Below, piece after piece: positions 8,603 through 21,011 of a DNA stretch of 64,000 nucleotides (positions are counted from its first letter, which is position 1; each line of letters begins with the position of its first letter). Source of the stretch: Candidatus Eiseniibacteriota bacterium. Its GTDB lineage: Bacteria > Eisenbacteria > RBG-16-71-46. The notes beneath the pieces were generated by a model. It did no database searches, was not told the DNA's origin, and worked only from the letters and a program-made list of their open reading frames with translations. The stretch is taken from assembly GCA_963717935.1 (NCBI GenBank), contig CAVQXP010000002.1, forward strand, positions 32,001 to 96,000. The letters run 5' to 3'. The position numbers and the translations under genes are program-made.

Positions 8603-9853
8603 TCAGCTCCACACGCCCGGGATCGCGCGGGCGCAGTGCTCGCAACGTCCGTCCTTCAGGTGCATTCCGGTCACGAACAGCCCATCGCGCTCGATCACCG
8701 TCCTGCCGCACTTCGGACAGTAGGTGTTGTTCCCCGGGTGTCCCGGCACGTTGCCCACGTACGCGAAGTGCAGGCCCTGCTGCAGGCCGATCTCCCGCGC
8801 GCGCTCGAGCGTGGCCACGGGTGTGCCCGGGAGGTTGGGCAGCTGGTAGTCGGGATGGAAGCGCGTGAAGTGGACGGGCACGTCGGGCCCGACCTCGCCC
8901 ACGATCCACTTCGCGAGTTCGGTCAGCATCCCGGGCGAGTCGTTGAGCGTGGGCACGACCAGGTTCACGATCTCGAGGTGCACGCGGCTCTTCGCCACCT
9001 GCCGGATGCTGCGCAGCACGGGCTTCAACTCCGCTCCGCACACGTCGCGGTAGAAGCCCTCGCTGAACCCCTTGAGGTCCACCTTGATGGCATCGAGCAC
9101 CTCGCACATCTCGGCCAGCGGTGATTCGTTCATGTAGCCGCACGAGATCAGCACCGAGCGCCGGCCGAGCGGCCTGCCCGCCCGCGCGATGTCGGTCAGG
9201 TACTCGGTGAAGACCGTCGGCTCGTTGTAGGTGAAGGCGATGACCGGCGCCCGCCGCTCGACCGCGGCGCGTGCGAGGCTCGCGGGGGGCAGCGGCGCCT
9301 GAGCATAGTCCTCGGGGCGGGCCTGCGAGATCCCCCAGTTCTGGCAGAACTTGCAGCGCAACGGGCAACCGCTTGTCGCCAGCGAGTATGCGGCCGCTCC
9401 CGGCAGGAAGTGGAAGAACGGCTTCTTCTCGATCGGGTCCACGTGGATGGCCATGGGCCGCCCGTAGACCAGGCTCCTGAGTTCCCCGTTGACGTGGATG
9501 CGCGCCCGGCACATGCCGCGCTCGCCCTCGGCCAGCGTGCAGTCCCGCGCGCACAGCGTGCAGCGGATGAGCGCGCGCCGGTGCGCGGGCTTCACGCCCG
9601 CGGCGAGCGAGCCCGCCGGGTGACAGGCCGCGCAGTCGGCCCTGCCCGCGGTGGCGGTGGAGACCCAGTAACGCGCCCGCGGCGCGGCGCGGACCAGGTC
9701 CGCGAGCAGGTCGTTCGCGGCGCAGGCGGGCTCGAGCGGGAGCGGGAGCCACCCGTGCGACCCGGAGAGCAGGGTGCTTCCCGCCAGCAGGGCCCCGCAG
9801 GTGGCGCAGGTCCTCAGCAGGAAATCACGGCGGGTGGATGTGCGTCGGGACAT
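8603..9853 (-). CDS. amrS: AmmeMemoRadiSam radical SAM enzyme with a twin-arginine (Tat) signal
   Basis: N-terminus MSRRTSTRRDFLL. DPIEKKPFFHF; CPLRCKFC (CxxxCxxC); TYNEP; VHFTRFHP; YVGNV; C-terminal CPKC/CEHC. Confidence 0.92.
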   Translation of the reverse strand: MSRRTSTRRDFLLRTCATCGALLAGSTLLSGSHGWLPLPLEPACAANDLLADLVRAAPRARYWVSTATAGRADCAACHPAGSLAAGVKPAHRRALIRCTLCARDCTLAEGERGMCRARIHVNGELRSLVYGRPMAIHVDPIEKKPFFHFLPGAAAYSLATSGCPLRCKFCQNWGISQARPEDYAQAPLPPASLARAAVERRAPVIAFTYNEPTVFTEYLTDIARAGRPLGRRSVLISCGYMNESPLAEMCEVLDAIKVDLKGFSEGFYRDVCGAELKPVLRSIRQVAKSRVHLEIVNLVVPTLNDSPGMLTELAKWIVGEVGPDVPVHFTRFHPDYQLPNLPGTPVATLERAREIGLQQGLHFAYVGNVPGHPGNNTYCPKCGRTVIERDGLFVTGMHLKDGRCEHCARAIPGVWS

Positions 9854-9944
9854 GGCCGCGCCTCGCTCGGATGGGAGCGTAGCGCAGCCGACGGGTCCGG
9901 TCCACGGGGCGGCGGGAGCGTGCGGCGCCCGCGGCGTGGTCCCC

Positions 9945-12701
<2,757 letters not shown>

Positions 12702-12992
12702 CGCGGGCCACGGGGTTGCAGCGGTTATCGGCCCCGCGGGCTCGCGGCTTGACCCGGGAACCCGAAGGCCTTTCGGGCCACGGCCCGCCCGGGCGGGCCG
12801 CCCTCAGGCCGCCGGCGGGGCCGCCGGCACTCGGGTGGATGCCACGCCCCGGCCCTGGCGGCGCGCGGCGTTTCGAACGCGCGCGGGAGCGGACCGCCAG
12901 GGGTGGTCCCGGCCATGCCGCACGCATCCGCCTTCCAGGGTCGGCGGTCACGACGTCCGCTCGAGTCCCGGCCTCGGCCCTCCCCGCCCGGA

Positions 12993-14546
12993 CTACCTCT
13001 CCGCGAACACGCTGGGGTAGCGCGCGAGGAAGGCGATCGCGTGCTGCAACTCGCGCAGGTCCAGGACCTCGCCGATCTGGTGCGCGTTCTGCATGATCCC
13101 GCTGCCGAAGCCGAACAGGGCCGGGTGGCGGTGCTCGCCCGTGGTGACCCAGCGCTTCGATTCCGGCACGATCAGCACCCGATCGCTCACGGGCACGGGC
13201 CAGCCCACGCCGTCGGTCGAGAACACCCAGCGGTCCACGTGCGGCTCGCGGCGCAGCGAGCCGCCTTCCTCCCGTCGCACGTCCACGTGCGGCGTGATCA
13301 CGCTGCGGTAGGTCGCCAGTGCCGCCTGGATGGCGGGGTGCTCCTCGGGCGTCAGCCAGGCCAGGTAGACCTGGGGGTTCCCGGGCACGTAGCCGCGCCA
13401 GGTGGGTTGCTCGTAGACCGGCACCATGACCTCGACCGTGAGGCCCGCGGCGCGCGCGCGGCGCACGGTCTCGAGCGACTCGATGTCACGCAGCGCCTGC
13501 TCGGGCGATTCCCCGGTGGTGAGCCGCCGGTCGAGACGGAAGGTGAAGCGCTCGGGCACGGAGCAGTCGCTCGGGGTCTCGACTTCGGCCCACGAGGCGG
13601 TGCGCGAGCCGGGGCCGAGCAGCGGGTCGCGCAGAAACCCCTCGCCCCGCTCGTGCTGTGCGGTGGCCTCGGCGAGGACCGCGCTGCCGTGCTCGAGCGG
13701 GTTCAGGCCCTCGCGCGGGATCGAGCCGTGGCACGAGCGCCCGGTCACCCGGACCTCGATCATCATGCGGCCGCGCTGACCACGGCGGATGCCCAGCGCG
13801 CCGTTCGCCGTGTCGCCGGTCATCTCGGTGAGCACGACGACGTCGGGGAGCATGGCGGACGGCGCACCGGGGAACACGCGGCGCGTGAGGTAGAGCGGCC
13901 CGCCGCCCTCGTTGTCCTCCTCGGCCAGCGTGACGTAGCTGCGCACGACCGCGCCGTGCAGCGCACCCTCGGGCCTCAACTCGAGCAGGATGCGCGAGGC
14001 GATGATCTGCGCCACCACGCCGCCCAACTGGTCCGCGGCGCCGCGGCCGAAGACCAGGTGCTCCCACTCGTCGTCGGGCGGGAGCCAGCCGAGTTCCCGT
14101 CGCAGGTAGCCGCGGTCGAGCCGCGCGGGGTCGACGAGCCCGAGGAACGGGTCGAGCCCGCCGGTCTTCTCGTGCCACTGGGCGCGCAGCGGCCTGACCG
14201 TGTCGCCGTGGCCGTCCAGGTAGATGACACGCTTCTCGCGGCGCGGCACGCCGTCGTCGCGGTCCTCCAGCACCCAGTTGAGGTTGCCGAAGGCGTCGTA
14301 GCCGATGTCGTCCTCGTGCACGACCGCGCCGGCCTCGAGGATCGCGCGCCGCAGGTACTCCAGGCGCGGGCCCTCGTGGTTGCTGATGCCGCACAGCGGG
14401 TCGCCGCCCTGCACGAGCGGCCGGTCCACGTGGTCGGCGGGGATGCGGATGGCCTCCCGCAGGATGGAGGCCGCGAGCGGCAGGTCCCGCGCGGCGGCCG
14501 CCGCGATCTTCGCGTCGAGCCCGCCGCGCGAGGCGCCTTCGCTCAT
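12993..14546 (-). CDS. M20 family metallo-amidohydrolase, YgeY-like
   Basis: DGHGDTV, GRGAADQLGG, EED, VLTE, GQRGR, CHGS and AH motifs; starts 4 nt after the ygeW stop. Confidence 0.75.
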   Translation of the reverse strand: MSEGASRGGLDAKIAAAAARDLPLAASILREAIRIPADHVDRPLVQGGDPLCGISNHEGPRLEYLRRAILEAGAVVHEDDIGYDAFGNLNWVLEDRDDGVPRREKRVIYLDGHGDTVRPLRAQWHEKTGGLDPFLGLVDPARLDRGYLRRELGWLPPDDEWEHLVFGRGAADQLGGVVAQIIASRILLELRPEGALHGAVVRSYVTLAEEDNEGGGPLYLTRRVFPGAPSAMLPDVVVLTEMTGDTANGALGIRRGQRGRMMIEVRVTGRSCHGSIPREGLNPLEHGSAVLAEATAQHERGEGFLRDPLLGPGSRTASWAEVETPSDCSVPERFTFRLDRRLTTGESPEQALRDIESLETVRRARAAGLTVEVMVPVYEQPTWRGYVPGNPQVYLAWLTPEEHPAIQAALATYRSVITPHVDVRREEGGSLRREPHVDRWVFSTDGVGWPVPVSDRVLIVPESKRWVTTGEHRHPALFGFGSGIMQNAHQIGEVLDLRELQHAIAFLARYPSVFAER

Positions 14547-14550
14547 CGGA

Positions 14551-15696
14551 CTACTTCCCGAGCGCTTCCAGCCGTTGCGCGAGGTTCGGGACCTTCGCCA
14601 CCGCGAGCAGCGCCATGATGGCGTACATCTTGTACTGGGCCTGGCGCGCGACGTTCACGGTGTGCTGCCGCATCACCCCGTGCGAGACCTCGTCGCCGAT
14701 GTCCGCGGGCAGCGGGTGCATGTAGAGCGCGTCCCCGCCCCGGGTGAGTCCCATGCGGTTCTCGTTGCAGATCCAGTCCTTGTGCTTCGCGTTGCCCGCC
14801 AGCGCTTCCCTCTCGATCTCGCCCAGGCGCGCCTTGTCCTTCGCCTTGTTGGCCTCGACGCGCTGGAGCATGAGGTCGTAGGGGCCCCAGGACTTCGGAT
14901 ACACGATGTCGGCGCCCTTGAACGCCTCGTCCATCGAGTTCACCACCTTGAACGAACCGCCCGAGGCCTTCGCGCTGGCCGCGGCGAACTCCATGGTGTC
15001 GGGCATCAGGTGGTAGCCCTCGGGGTGGGCGAGCACCACGTCCGCGCCGAAGCGGGTGAAGAGCATGGAGCAGCCCTGCGCCACCGAGAGCGGCTTGGCG
15101 TACGAGGGCGAGTAGGCCCAGGAGATGGCGATCTTCTTCCCCTTGAGGCCGCCGGGGTTGCACTCGCGCATCCACATCAGGTCGGCCAGCGTCTGTGTCG
15201 GGTGGTCGATGTCGCACTGCAGGTTCACGACCGGCACGCGGCGCGGGTCCCGGGTCGCGGCGAGGTAGTCGTCGATGCCCTGCTTCACGTCGCGCATGAA
15301 GCGGTTGCCCTCGCCGATGATGAGGTCGTGGCGCACGCCCAGGGCGTGGGCGTTCATCCCGAGCATGGCGCCGGTCTCGACCGCGGTCTCGCCGTGCGAG
15401 ACCTGCGTGCTGCTGCCGTCCACGATGACCGGAGCCAGGCCGAGTCGCGCGCAGGCGCCGGCCCAGGCCGACTTCGTGCGGGTGGACTGGTCGAAGAACA
15501 GGGCCCAGCCCAGCTCGTCCTTGAACAGCGCGGTGGACTTGCCGGCGTAGTCGAGGCCGGCGAAGCGGCCGATCACCGCCATCAGGATCTCGAGCTCGGG
15601 TGTGGTCCAGTCACGGGTCAGCAGCAGGCTGCGGCCAAAGAGGGAATCGAGCGCCGCGCGGGCGGGGACCGGTGGGAGGGACGTCACGGGACTCAT
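14551..15696 (-). CDS. ygeW: Knotted carbamoyltransferase YgeW
   Basis: ATG after AGGAG. DQSTRT, HGET, NLQCDIDHPTQTLAD, SWAYSPSYAKPLSVAQG (YgeW signature), YPKSW, YMHPLPAD. Confidence 0.85.
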   Translation of the reverse strand: MSPVTSLPPVPARAALDSLFGRSLLLTRDWTTPELEILMAVIGRFAGLDYAGKSTALFKDELGWALFFDQSTRTKSAWAGACARLGLAPVIVDGSSTQVSHGETAVETGAMLGMNAHALGVRHDLIIGEGNRFMRDVKQGIDDYLAATRDPRRVPVVNLQCDIDHPTQTLADLMWMRECNPGGLKGKKIAISWAYSPSYAKPLSVAQGCSMLFTRFGADVVLAHPEGYHLMPDTMEFAAASAKASGGSFKVVNSMDEAFKGADIVYPKSWGPYDLMLQRVEANKAKDKARLGEIEREALAGNAKHKDWICNENRMGLTRGGDALYMHPLPADIGDEVSHGVMRQHTVNVARQAQYKMYAIMALLAVAKVPNLAQRLEALGK

Positions 15697-16031
15697 GCTG
15701 ACTCCTTGCAGGTGCGGGAGCCGGCGGACCCCTCGAAGGTCCCGGCCGGCGCCTCGGGATGGCGGATGGCATCGTCTGGCCGCCGCGCTCGAGGGATCGA
15801 CAAGCCGCAGGTGGCCACAGTCACGAGATCGGCCCGGCATCGTACCCGCTGTGCCGGACCGCGTTCAACCCGGGTTGGGCCGTTCCGTGGCCCGACGGGC
15901 CCGCGCCGTGCGGGCCCGTTTCGTCAGGAACCCGTGCAGGCGGCTGCGTTTGCCCGCGGCAGGGGCCTCGGTTATCCTCCTTGGTCCCTCACGAACGCAG
16001 GTCTTCCCGCGAATCTCTAAGGAGCCATCGG

Positions 16032-17510
16032 ATGCGGGCTACTCCGAAAATCAACGAAGCCGTCCTTGCCAAGACCGCCGCGCGGTGCCGCGAGCGCAAG
16101 ATCATCATCCCCACCTTTGCCGAGCAGAAGGACCCGAGCCGGATCCCGGAGCCGATCAAGAAGCGGCTGGCCGGGGTGGGCCTGTGGGACGTCAACCCCC
16201 TCAACCTCTACCGGATCACCTGGAAGAACGAGCCGAAGGAGAAGGGCGGGTTGTTCAATCGCGGCAACTGGATCGAGTTCCCGAGCGAACTCACGGGGGT
16301 GAAGGCCCGCATCGTCGGTCTCGTCGGCAAGTACTTCCCCACGGGCGCGCACAAGGTGGGCGCCGGCTTCGGCTGCCTCGTGCCGCGGCTCGTGTCCGGC
16401 GAGTTCGACCCGGACACGCAGAAGGCCGTCTGGCCCTCGACGGGCAATTTCTGCCGCGGCGGCGCCTTCGACTGCGCGCTGCTCGCCTGCAAGGCCATCG
16501 CCATCCTGCCCGAGGGCATGAGCCGCGAGCGCTTCGACTGGCTGCGCGAGATCGGCACGGACGAGGTCATCGCGACCCCGGGCACCGAGTCGAACGTCAA
16601 GGAGATCTACGACAAGTGCTGGCAGCTGCGGACGGAACGCGGTGACAAGATCTCGATCTTCAACCAGTTCGAGGAGTTCGGGAACGCGATCTGGCACTAC
16701 ACCCTGACCGGCTCGATCATCGAGGAGGTGTTCGGCCAGATCCGCAAGCCGGACAGCCGGCTCGCCGCGTACATCTCCGCGACCGGTTCGGCGGGCACCA
16801 TCGCGGCCGGCGACTACCTGCGCACCAAGTTCCCCCACGTCAGGGTCGTGGCGACCGAGGCGCTGCAGTGCCCCACGCTGCTGCAGAACGGCTTCGGCGC
16901 GCACCGCATCGAGGGCATCGGCGACAAGCACGTGCCCTGGGTGCACAACGTGCGCAACACCGACATGGTCGCGGCCATCGACGACGAGCAGTGCATGAGC
17001 CTGCTGCGGCTGTTCAACGAGGAGGAGGGGATCGCGTTCCTCGAGCGCAGCGGGGTGAAGGCGGACTTCCTCAAGCTGCTGCCGCTGGTGGGGATCTCCA
17101 GTATCGCGAACGTCGTGGCGGCCATCAAGACGGCGAAGCACTACGAGCTGGACGGGCGGGACATCCTGTTCACGCCGCTCACCGACTCGATGGAGCTCTA
17201 CGGGTCGCGCAAGCAGGAGCTGCGCGAGGAGCACGGTCCGTACACCCGCGAACGCGCGGCGCAGGACTTCGCCCGTTACCTCGAGGGCGCCGGGATCGAC
17301 TACCTGCAGGAACTCGGCTACCACGACCGCAAGCGGCTCCACAACCTGAAGTACTTCACCTGGGTGGAGCAGCAGGGCAAGAGCTCCGAGGAACTGGCCG
17401 CCCTGTGGGAGCCCGATTTCTGGACCGAGACCTGGGCCCAGGTCGGCGAGTGGGACCGGCTCATCCAGCAGTTCAACGAGCGCACGGGCCTGCTCAAGAC
17501 GCTCGACTAG
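16032..17510 (+). CDS. Fold-type II PLP-dependent enzyme (cysteine-synthase/Trp-synthase-beta superfamily), function unknown
   Basis: ATG after AAGGAG. FPTGAHKVG (PLP Lys), STGNF, TGSAGT, HRIEGIG, GISS. Confidence 0.8.
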   Translation: MRATPKINEAVLAKTAARCRERKIIIPTFAEQKDPSRIPEPIKKRLAGVGLWDVNPLNLYRITWKNEPKEKGGLFNRGNWIEFPSELTGVKARIVGLVGKYFPTGAHKVGAGFGCLVPRLVSGEFDPDTQKAVWPSTGNFCRGGAFDCALLACKAIAILPEGMSRERFDWLREIGTDEVIATPGTESNVKEIYDKCWQLRTERGDKISIFNQFEEFGNAIWHYTLTGSIIEEVFGQIRKPDSRLAAYISATGSAGTIAAGDYLRTKFPHVRVVATEALQCPTLLQNGFGAHRIEGIGDKHVPWVHNVRNTDMVAAIDDEQCMSLLRLFNEEEGIAFLERSGVKADFLKLLPLVGISSIANVVAAIKTAKHYELDGRDILFTPLTDSMELYGSRKQELREEHGPYTRERAAQDFARYLEGAGIDYLQELGYHDRKRLHNLKYFTWVEQQGKSSEELAALWEPDFWTETWAQVGEWDRLIQQFNERTGLLKTLD

Positions 17511-17611
17511 CGCGCGCCGCGCGCGTCGCGGACGGGAGCCGTCACCGGGCGGCTCCGAGTCACCGACCGACAATCGATCGCGCCCGACCGGGCGCGGATG
17601 GAGTGGGGAAC

Positions 17612-18562
17612 ATGACGACCGAGAAGAAGCTCGCCATCCTCGCGGTGGGCGGGAATTCACTGATCATGGACGAGTCGCACAGGTCGGTGGAGGACCAGTA
17701 CGCCGCCGTCGAGGAGACCTGCCGCCACATCGCGGGACTCGTGAAGGCCGGCTATCGGGTCGTGGTGACCCACGGCAACGGTCCGCAGGTCGGTTTCATC
17801 CTGCGGCGCAGCGAGCTGGCGGCCCACGAGCTGCACCAGGTGCCGCTCGACTCGTGCGGCGCCGACACGCAGGGTGCGATCGGCTACCAGGTGCAGCGGG
17901 CGATGTACAACGAGATGAAGGACTGGCCGCAGCGCTCCGTGGTCGCCACCGTGGTGACGCAGGTGCTGGTGGACCGCAACGACCCGTCCTTCAAGAAGCC
18001 GTCGAAGCCGATCGGCTCCTTCATGGACGAGAAGACGGCGACGGAGCACCGGCAGAAGGACCGCTGGGACATCGTCGAGGACGCCGGGCGCGGGTTCCGC
18101 CGCGTCGTGGCCTCGCCACGGCCCCTGCGGATCATCGAGCTGGAGGCCATCCGCCGGCTGCTCGAGAACGACATCGTGGTGGTCGCGGTGGGCGGCGGCG
18201 GCATCCCGGTGATCGAGGACGAGAAGGGCCATCTGCGGGGTGCCGCGGCCGTGATCGACAAGGACCTCGCGACCAGCCTGCTCGCGCGCGACCTGAAGGC
18301 CGACCTGCTCATCATCTCGACCGCGATCGAGAAGGTCTGCCTCAACTACCGCAAGCCCGACCAGAAGGACATCGACCGCATGACCCTCGCGGAGGCGAAG
18401 AAGTACCTGGCCGAGGGCCACTTCGCACCGGGAAGCATGAAGCCCAAGATCGAGGCCATCATCGAGTTCCTCGAATCCGGCGGGAAGGAAGCGCTCATCA
18501 CCGACCCGCAGCACCTGGTGCCCGCGCTGGAGGGCAAGTCGGGCACCTGGATCGTCGCGTGA
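17612..18562 (+). CDS. arcC: Carbamate kinase
   Basis: AVGGNSL, THGNGPQVG, TQG.IGY, KPIG, GRGFRRVVASP, GGGGIPV, AVIDKD, GSMKPK. Confidence 0.95.
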   Translation: MTTEKKLAILAVGGNSLIMDESHRSVEDQYAAVEETCRHIAGLVKAGYRVVVTHGNGPQVGFILRRSELAAHELHQVPLDSCGADTQGAIGYQVQRAMYNEMKDWPQRSVVATVVTQVLVDRNDPSFKKPSKPIGSFMDEKTATEHRQKDRWDIVEDAGRGFRRVVASPRPLRIIELEAIRRLLENDIVVVAVGGGGIPVIEDEKGHLRGAAAVIDKDLATSLLARDLKADLLIISTAIEKVCLNYRKPDQKDIDRMTLAEAKKYLAEGHFAPGSMKPKIEAIIEFLESGGKEALITDPQHLVPALEGKSGTWIVA

Positions 18563-19797
18563 GCGCGAAGGCCGGGGCTGCGACCGGCCTGCGGTGCGTC
18601 GCCTGCGGTCGGCTCACGCCGGTCGCCGACGACCTCTACGTCTGCCCGGGCTGTGGCGGGAACACGCTGGTCGAGTACGACCTCGACGCGCTGAGGAAGA
18701 GCTGGTCGCGCGAATCACTCGCGAAGAACGGCGACCGCACGCTCTGGCGCTACCTGCCCATCCTGCCCGTGAGCGCCCGGCTCGAGGGGCCGCCGGTCGG
18801 CTGGACGCCGCTGGTCGCCGCCCCGCGCCTGGCGCGGGAGCTCGGGCTCGCGCAGCCGCTGCTGCTCAAGGACGACGGGCGCAATCCCAGCGCCTCGTTC
18901 AAGTGCCGCGCCAGCTCGGTGGCGCTCAGACGCGCGCAGGAGCTCGGGCACACGCTCGTGACCGGGGCCTCGACCGGCAATGCCGCCTCGGCGACCGCCG
19001 TGCTCGCCGCCGCGCCCGGCATCCGCACGCGCATCTTCGTGCCGAAGACCGCGCCGCGGGCGAAGATCGCCCAGCTGCTCACCTTCGGCGCCGAGGTGCT
19101 GGCGGTGGACGGCACCTACGACCAGGCCTTCGACCTCTGCCTCGAGGCCACGCGCCGGTTCGGCTGGTACAACCGCAACACCGGCTTCAACCCCTACACG
19201 CGCGAGGGCAAGAAGACGGTCTCCTTCGAACTCTGCGAGCAGCTGGACTGGCAGGTGCCGGACCTGGTCGTCGTGCCGGTCGGCGACGGCAACATCCTCT
19301 CGGGCGTCTGGAAGGGCTTCGTCGAGTTCCAGCGCCTGGGTTTCATCGAACGCACGCCCCGGCTGCTCGCGGTGCAGGCCGAGGGCAGCGCGGCGATCGT
19401 GAAGGCCGCGGCCGGCGACGGCGTGATCCGGCCGGTGTCGGGAGACACCGTGGCGGACTCGATCTCGGTGAGCCTGCCGCGCGATGGCGAGGCGGCCGTG
19501 AAGGCGATCCGCGAGTCGGGCGGGTTCGGCGTCACGGTGAGCGATGCCGCGATCCTCGCCGCCATCGGCGAGGTGGCGCGCGGCGCGGGCGTGTTCGCCG
19601 AGCCCGCGGCGGCGGCCTCCTGGGCCGGGCTCAAGGAGGCCGCGCGCCAGGGCCTGGTGGACCCGGCCTGGCGCATCGTGGCGCTCATCACCGGCAACGG
19701 ACTCAAGGACGTGGCCTCGGCCATGAAGGTGGCCGGCGAGCCGCGGATCATCCCGCCGGACGCCAGCGTGCTCGATACGTTGTTCCCCGAGGGGTAG
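18559..19797 (+). CDS. Threonine-synthase-like PLP enzyme with an N-terminal Zn ribbon
   Basis: GTG overlaps the arcC stop. CVACG...CPGCG; LWRY; NPSASFKCR; STGNA; EGKKT; PVGDGN; EPAAA; ITGNGLKD. Confidence 0.8.
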   Translation: MSAKAGAATGLRCVACGRLTPVADDLYVCPGCGGNTLVEYDLDALRKSWSRESLAKNGDRTLWRYLPILPVSARLEGPPVGWTPLVAAPRLARELGLAQPLLLKDDGRNPSASFKCRASSVALRRAQELGHTLVTGASTGNAASATAVLAAAPGIRTRIFVPKTAPRAKIAQLLTFGAEVLAVDGTYDQAFDLCLEATRRFGWYNRNTGFNPYTREGKKTVSFELCEQLDWQVPDLVVVPVGDGNILSGVWKGFVEFQRLGFIERTPRLLAVQAEGSAAIVKAAAGDGVIRPVSGDTVADSISVSLPRDGEAAVKAIRESGGFGVTVSDAAILAAIGEVARGAGVFAEPAAAASWAGLKEAARQGLVDPAWRIVALITGNGLKDVASAMKVAGEPRIIPPDASVLDTLFPEG

Positions 19798-19867
19798 CGA
19801 AGGAAGCAGGAACCACAGTCAGCGTCGCGCTCGACTGTCGACAATCAACCGATCTGGGAGAAATGCC

Positions 19868-20824
19868 ATGAGGAGCTTCATCGGACGTGACATCCTGTCG
19901 CTCAAGGATTTCGAGCGCGACGATTACACCCGCATCTTCGAGGTGTGCGAGAAGCTCGCGCCGCACGCCCACAACCGCCGCAACACCGACCTGTGCGCGG
20001 ACAAGACGCTGCTGACCGCGTTCTACCAGCCGAGCACCCGCACCCGCCTGTCCACCGAGGCCGCGATGCACCGCCTGGGCGGCCACGTCCTGGGCTTCTC
20101 CGACGCCAAGATGACCCGCGCCGGCGACTTCTACCAGGAATCCATCAAGGACACCGTGCGCATGCTCGAGTACTACGGCGACGTGATCGCCATGCGGCAC
20201 TTCCAGCTGGGCGCGCCGGCCGAGGCGGCGAAGCACTCCTCGGTGCCCATCATCAACTGCGGCGACGGCTGGGGCGAGCACCCGACCCAGGTGCTCACCG
20301 ACCTGTACACGATCTGGCGCGAGCGGGGCACGCTCGACGGACTGCGCTGGCTGTGCGTCGGTGACCACCGCATGCGCACCATGCACTCGATCGGCTACGC
20401 CGCCGCGTCGTTCGACATGGAGCTCGACGTGGTGTACCCGCCGGACATGGCGCCCACGGCCGAGTTCAAGCAGGAGCTGGCCGACCGCAACGTGCGCTAC
20501 CACGAGTGGAAGAGCACGTCCGAGTGCATCGACAAGGCCGACGTGATCTACATCGAGCCGGTGGTGCAGGCCGACTACACCAAGTCGCGCGTGGATGCGG
20601 CCGAGGCGAAGAAGGGCCTCACGCCGCCCGAGTACCAGGTCACGCGCACGATGATGCGCGAGAAGGCCAAGCCCGGCTCGATCGTCCTGCACTCGCTGCC
20701 CCGCATGGACGAGCTGCCGGCCGACGTGGACAGCACGCGCCACGCCCGCTACTGGATCGAAGCCGCCAACGGCGTGGTGCTGCGCATGGCGCTGATCGCG
20801 CTGGTGCTGGGCCGCGCCGAGTAG
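19868..20824 (+). CDS. ATCase-like (PyrB-like) carbamoyltransferase of uncertain specificity
   Basis: FYQPSTRT, ESIKDT, INCGDG.GEHPTQ, HSLPR; GGAG RBS. Confidence 0.8.
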   Translation: MRSFIGRDILSLKDFERDDYTRIFEVCEKLAPHAHNRRNTDLCADKTLLTAFYQPSTRTRLSTEAAMHRLGGHVLGFSDAKMTRAGDFYQESIKDTVRMLEYYGDVIAMRHFQLGAPAEAAKHSSVPIINCGDGWGEHPTQVLTDLYTIWRERGTLDGLRWLCVGDHRMRTMHSIGYAAASFDMELDVVYPPDMAPTAEFKQELADRNVRYHEWKSTSECIDKADVIYIEPVVQADYTKSRVDAAEAKKGLTPPEYQVTRTMMREKAKPGSIVLHSLPRMDELPADVDSTRHARYWIEAANGVVLRMALIALVLGRAE

Positions 20825-21011
20825 ACGGCCTTCCGGAGACTCACGCGCGGCGGGTCGTCACGGCCCGCCGCGCGGTCCGTTCCGGGCGGTGGGGCGGTGC
20901 GCCGCGGTCCGGGCGCCGTCGTCCGTTGCTCCCTGCCGGCGCGGCGCGTTGCCGGCGCGGCGCCCGCAGGCTAGCATGACCGCGACCCGGACTCCGACCC
21001 GTGAGGTGACG

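Noticed and set aside
19868..20824. Calling this gene pyrB
   Set aside because: The aspartate-binding loop is altered and the context is catabolic, so the symbol was withheld.
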